From Flaccisagitta enflata (lineage: Eukaryota), in NCBI GenBank assembly GCA_965153355.1, contig OZ231126.1:25606001-25670000 (forward strand): DNA of 64,000 bases, read 5' to 3'. Shown here in pieces: positions 58,341 to 64,000 of this stretch (position 1 is the first letter of the stretch; each line of letters starts with the position of its first letter). The notes below the pieces were generated by a model, which saw only the letters and a program-made list of their open reading frames with translations, ran no database searches and was not told the origin of the DNA. The position numbers were made by a program, and so were the translations under genes.

Positions 58341-58633
58341 TTTTTTCTTCTTCTTCTTCTTCATCTGCTTCTTCTTCGTCTTCTTCTTTTTCTTCTTTGT
58401 CCTCCTCCTCTTCTTCTTATTCTCCTTCTCCTTTCCCTGCTTCTTCTTCTTCTTCTTCTTCTTCTTCTTCTTCTTCTTCTTCTTCTTCTTCTTCTTCTTC
58501 TTCTTCTTCTTCTTCTTCTTCTTCTTCTTCTTCTTCTTTTTCTTCTTCTGCTTCTTCTTCTTCTTCTTCTTCTTCTTCTTCTTCTTCTTCTTCATCTTCT
58601 TCTTCTTCTTCTTCTTCTTCTTCTTCTTCTTCT

Positions 58634-58680
<47 letters not shown>
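58247..58680 (+). repeat. (CTT)n microsatellite
   Basis: Seen directly. Confidence 0.95.
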
Positions 58681-58810
58681 GTCCTCCAGTGTGATCGGGT
58701 GTAGAAACATTAAAAAGAGAGAGAAAACCGTCAAAAAGCGCAAAATTTAATCAAGTATCCGTGGAGGAAATAAACCCGTGATATGGAGATAGACCTACCA
58801 GTTACTTTAG

Positions 58811-58947
<137 letters not shown>

Positions 58948-59069
58948 GAGACAGACAGAGAGTCAGACAGAGAGACAGACAGACAGAGAGACAGAGACAG
59001 AGAGAAGCTGATAAGCTGATAAGCTGACAAGCCTGCTTCGCCTTGATTCAGTCGTGTGCGAGCGACTTT

Positions 59070-59630
59070 ATGAATGATATTTTATTCGTCAAATAATGAC
59101 AGAAGCACACAAAACTATAAACTAAGGACTATCCGCTACCATTATTCTTCTTCATCAACCCGTTCTAAAAAGAATTGAACGGTTGATTGTCGTATGACAT
59201 TGTTCTGACTCGTGAGATTGCCGTCGAGGAATTTTTTGGATCGTTTGCCAAAGATCTCGTAGATGTTGGGAAATCCGAGATTTTGTCGAAGTTGTCGAAT
59301 GCTCTCCCAATGGTGATAGGAGAATATCCGTCGAATCGCGTCGTTGAGAGCCGTATTACATGTGCGCATATCAGAGACAGAATATTCAACCACATCAGCA
59401 CCATTAGCCAGAATAGGTACGCAATTTGAATATAACAAACTCATCAAAACTGATTCGTCTGGCTTTTTTAATACAGAAAGAACTGAATTAACGGATCTGT
59501 AGAACGATGCTAGCGCTGGTTTTACAGAAAAATTGATATTTGCACCAGCAACTACGGTTATGCCGAGGTACTTCCATTCACGTACAAATTCTAAGGATTT
59601 ACCGTTAAGAAGCAAGTCATCAACATGTCC
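59070..59630 (-). mobile_element. 5'-truncated LINE: C-terminal part of ORF2 (RT thumb region) plus 3' UTR
   Basis: LNGKSLEFVREWKYLGITV...LYSNCVPILANG pattern, stop at 59142, then AATAAA and a short TCAT tail on the minus strand. Confidence 0.8.
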
Positions 59631-60283
59631 ATATGTTCTTACGTCTGTCCGTAGCAATTTGCTTTTTCTGCGTTTCTTGGTATTGAGGAATCATTGCCCC
59701 TGTCCATTCATCATTGATCAATTATCACTGAACCGGCCCCCGGCACATGACTAGGGAAGCAGCCTTGTACCCGTTTTTGTTCTTTTAATCCATTTATTTT
59801 TAGTCGCGGACACGCGACTCTACACCTTGCCGTGTCGGTCGGTAGGTCGGTCGGTCCGTCCCGTAACCTTTTTAAATTGCGAGCGTTTTTTTGCATTACA
59901 GCCCCTGCCAAACCGTCCGCGACTGTCCTGCCGTGTATCCGGCCTTGTTTATCCTTGTCTTTTTAGTCGCGTGCACGCGACTCTATAATCCCCTATGTTT
60001 GTCGGACTGTCCATCGGTCGCTTGGTCACCGTTTGCTTTTTCGGCATTTTCGGGCGCTCCTGCTCAAATACTTGAGTTAGCCATTTTCATCATTGCTCCT
60101 GCCCACCCGCACGCGACTTCGGTAGCCGTGTATCCGGCCTTGTTTTTTTATTGCCTCGTGTGAGTAGATGTGGGAAATGGTCTCTCAGGGAGTCACAATG
60201 TCGCACCTCGACTACAACAAAGTTGCTATTTCAATCGCGCCAACCACATTTTAAGTCAAGAAGGTAAGACCCTCGTGATGTTA

Positions 60284-60882
60284 CTATCTAGCTCAAAAGT
60301 ATAGACACAAGCGTTTTGGGCAATATCTGTGCTTAGAATAAAAAAATGATATAAAAATTGGTGAGATCCAGAAACAAGATCAAATTTCTGATTGAATGGC
60401 ACCAACCGCGTTCTTCTAGGTCAGAGCGTTTAGAAATAACAGAAAAAACAAGATCAGGACTCCAAATCAAAAATGGCAAAAAAGATTGCAGTTCATTAAT
60501 AGAAGATAGCGCCCCATTATATTGCGCCATTACAATGAGGCAATGGCAGACACAATAGTGTCAACTTCTTTGGTGGTTGGCCTGGAAACAACCCTAATCT
60601 GAACCTTATTGAATTGCTTTGGTCTCAAATAAAGAAGCTTCAAAACAAAGATAGTACAACATCAGTTGCAAGGCTGAAAAAAATTGCTCTAAAAATCTAA
60701 AAAAGATCTTGCTAATTTTCCTTAAAACTCTCTACAAAAGCATACCAGGGTGTATGAAGGCGGTTGTTACAGCCCAGGAGGCTACAATTAGTATTACAAT
60801 GTATTCCAGAATTATATAACTTAATATTTATTGAATGAATCAATCAATGCTTATCTTTTGTCTATACTTTTGAGCTAGATAG
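60284..60882 (+). mobile_element. Internally deleted Tc1-family element
   Basis: TIR CTATCTAGCTCAAAAGTATAGACA and its reverse complement, TA on both flanks. Decayed transposase WPGNNPNLNLIELLWSQIK and SIPGCMKAVVTAQ (compare WPxxSPDLNPIE, SMPxRxxAVI). Confidence 0.88.
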
Positions 60883-62145
60883 TACATGTTTAGTCAAGAA
60901 CTTCATTAGGCCCATATAGTTACATACTTGGTCAAGACGGTTGTGAGACTGTCATGGTGAGGCCCGCTTTTACTTACAAACTGAGAGTGCATACATCTGT
61001 AATAACTATTGATCATTTCAGAAAAACTCATATTCTCAATAAAATCAAACATGTGTTAAGGCGTTAACCTGAAACAATCACTTTTATCTCTTATAGAGGA
61101 TGTCTTAATGGTTATTTAGCACAAAATGCAAAAAGAAAACTAGTGCTTTTGTGTCTCCTAAAAAAAAACAAGTTTCTGTTCATGTGAGAAATTATGATGA
61201 TCCAGTTTAAACACTATAAAGCATTGTTTCAGGGATTGGAAGTTTTCTGCAATGTGATCATCCAGGGGTGTGAATGAAAGGTGAAGTGACCTCTCCATAC
61301 AATGAATTTACAATGATGGCCGATGGATGAATCTTTCTGTCTTGGAAAAAGGTTTAGCGACACCTAGGAATTTATAAGAGTGTTTATTAGAAATATCATC
61401 AAAAGAATCATTTTCATGATTCTTATGTTTTTATGATCTTTTATTTTGATAACAACCTTTGCTGTATCTTGGCAAAGTGATTTCACGAGCTTTATCAGTT
61501 GGTAAAGCATAATCATATTTGATAATTCATTGGAGATTTTGTTTGATTGTTTTGCCTGTTATTTCTAAACGCTTAAAGCTACAGAAACCAGATTGCGCTC
61601 ACCTTTTTTGATTATTTGATGTGGAATAATTTGCCTTTTTTAGAAAAGTCTTTAGCTTTTCTTGAAGCTGAAATAATCTCAGAATAAGCTTTGTCTAATT
61701 TTTTCAAATATCAAATTATATTTTTTCCCCAATTTTCAAGATGTTAGCCCTAATTCTTTTGTTTGCCATTTTTAAACAGTTTTAGCAATAGGGGTATATA
61801 AGAATCAAATTGCACTTATTTTGAAGAGTTTCTAGCTTTTCTTGAAGCAGAGATATGCTTTGTAGAAGGTGTCGCTAGACTTATTTCCTAGATAGTAGTG
61901 CAAAGATTCTCTCTCTCTCTCTCTCATTCTCACTTTCTACCCCACCCCCACTCTCCCCAATCTCCCTCCTTTGCCCACCCTCATCCTCCCCACTTGGTAA
62001 TTTACCCCGTTCGCAGAAATGTTTAGCAACTCAGCATTCAATGCTGCTGCTTCCTCGGGACTTATGGATTCCTCTTGAGGGGGAACTAGTCTGCTGCTAG
62101 GACTTAGGAGGGAGTTAGCCTGCTTTTAGAAGAGGTGGGGGTGTA

Positions 62146-62262
62146 CTGTTAGGGGATAAGGTAGTCGGCTGTTAGGGGATAAGGTAGTCGGCTGTTAGGG
62201 GATAAGGTAGTCGGCTGTTAGGGGATAAGGTAGTCGGCTGTTAGGGGATAAGGTGGCCTGCT
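62146..62262 (+). repeat. 23-bp tandem repeat (GTTAGGGGATAAGGTAGTCGGCT) x~5
   Basis: Units start at 62148, 62171, 62194, 62217 and 62240. Confidence 0.9.
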
Positions 62263-63169
62263 GTTAGAGGATGAAGTAGCCTGCTTAAAGGAGAGACGTG
62301 GTAGTTTACCACTTATCTCTACAATCCCAAATAGTCCATATGTCAGTCTGTAACACTTGCTTTTTTGTTTTTGTTTGTTTTTGTTTTGTTTTTGTTTTTT
62401 TTTTGTTTGTTTTTGTTTTGTTTTGGTTTTTTTTTTGTGTTTTTTTTTGTGTTTTGTTTTTTTTTGTTTTTTTTTGTTTTTGTTATTTTTTTTTTTTTTT
62501 TTTGGTTTTGGTTTTGGTTTTGGTTTTGGTTTTTTTCTTTTTCATTTTCTTTTCGCGTTCACAGGCAGTATTGTATTGGTGCCTCTATTCACATACATGA
62601 TTGGCTTATCATATCACTGCACCTACTACTATTCAGACAAAATGAGTATCCGGCCTTGTTTTTCCCCTTCGCGCGGTATCTTCACAGCAGCAGTCCGCGT
62701 ATTATCATAGCGCGTCATAGGATGAATACAGATTACGGAATATCTTACTAATTGCTTCGCATGCGGCTCGAGCATGGCTCAAAGCGGGGAGTCTCTGAGC
62801 TGCGCTGTGTGATAACTGATCAGGTCGCTGTGAGAGCATGAGAAAAACGTCAAATATGCAATGACAAACCGGGAAAAAAACTGTTGAACAGATGAGCAAA
62901 CAGACGGACAGACAGAGAAACAGACAGACAGACAAACAGACAAACAGACTGACAGACAGACAGACAGTCAAAAAGACAAAAAGACAGACAATCAGACAGA
63001 CAGACAGACAGATATTTCATTCACCCAGCAAACGTGTCAAAGACAAAACCAAGTTTTTTGGTATATTTTCATAACACGCTTGGACTATGAAGTATGAACA
63101 CAATCAAATACATATAAGGGTCTTGCTTAAGGTTCTATCATTTGCTACACAAAATAGTGCACATGTCGA

Positions 63170-64000
63170 TGTGACTTGTGTGTGGTTTACGATAAATGGT
63201 GACGTAATCTTGTGACGTGCATATGATACACGCCCGTCTCCTGTTACATTACAAGTAAACTTGTGACATGTATATGGTACACGCCTGTCTCCTGTTATGT
63301 TACAAGTATACTTGTGATGGTTATATGGGTACACGCCTGTTACATTACAAGTATACTTGTGACGTGTATATGGTATATGGTAAATAGTGACGCAAACTTG
63401 TGACGTGCATATGATACACGCCTGTCTTTTGTTATATTACAAGTTTACTTGTGACGTGTGTATGGTTTATGGTAACCGGTAAAGGGTACACGCTTTACTT
63501 CTTATGAAGTGTATATATGGTACCCACCCGTCTTCTCTTACAAGCACACTTGTGACATGTAACTGTACATGTACACGCTTGTCTTCCCTTACAAGCACAC
63601 TTGTGACATGCAACTGTACATGTACACGCGCATCTTCCCTTACAAGCACACTTGTGACATCCTACTGTACAGATACAAGCTCGTCTTCCCTTACAAGCAC
63701 ACTTGTGACATGCAGCTGTACAGATACAAGCTCGTCTTCCCTTACAAGCACACTTGTGACATGCAACTGTACATGTACACGCGCATCTTCCCTTACAAGC
63801 ACACTTGTGACATCCTACTGTACAGATACGAGCTCGTCTTCTCTTACAAGCACACTTGTGACATGTAACTGTACATGTACACGCTCGTCTTCCCTTACAA
63901 GCACACTTGTGACATGCAACTGTACATGTACACGCGCATCTTCCCTTACAAGCACACTTGTGACATCCTACTGTACAGATACGAGCTCGTCTTCCCTTAC
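63170..64000 (+). repeat. 51-bp satellite running off the window end, with degenerate leading copies
   Basis: TACAAGCACACTTGTGACAT... recurs every 51 bp from 63539. Confidence 0.92.

Noticed and set aside
62146-62262. Telomeric repeat
   Set aside because: TTAGGG occurs only as part of a 23-bp unit, not as a simple tandem array.
63539-64000. CRISPR-like regular repeats with a palindromic core
   Set aside because: The intervening sequences are near-identical rather than unique spacers, there are no cas genes, and the context is eukaryotic.

Overview
Repeat-rich eukaryotic (invertebrate-like animal) genomic DNA with many microsatellites, MITEs and Helentron-associated-like interspersed repeats. 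No rRNA, tRNA or CRISPR features were recognised. The main structure is two direct-orientation copies of a large intron-containing Mutator-like (FLYWCH + MULE, Phantom-like) DNA transposon: copy 1 at ~5646-17425 and a 5'-truncated copy 2 at 39313-51157. Copy 1 has lost exon 3 and the catalytic Glu; copy 2 has lost exon 1. Together they reconstruct a phase-consistent four-exon gene of about 1082 codons: FLYWCH, MULE DDE core, acidic/poly-Q linker, C2H2 finger, and a domain resembling the PWWP3A/MUM1 C-terminal domain. Between the copies are an intact 16-finger C2H2 zinc-finger gene (28171-29676) and a LINE-type ORF1 with an SGNH-esterase domain. That ORF1 joins copy 2 exactly at a GTGAGT donor that would splice it in frame to transposase exon 2. 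The right end holds minisatellites, a LINE RT 3' fragment, a Tc1 remnant and a 51-bp satellite. Most ORFs in the supplied track are microsatellite or repeat artefacts. All alignments and domain calls were made by eye.
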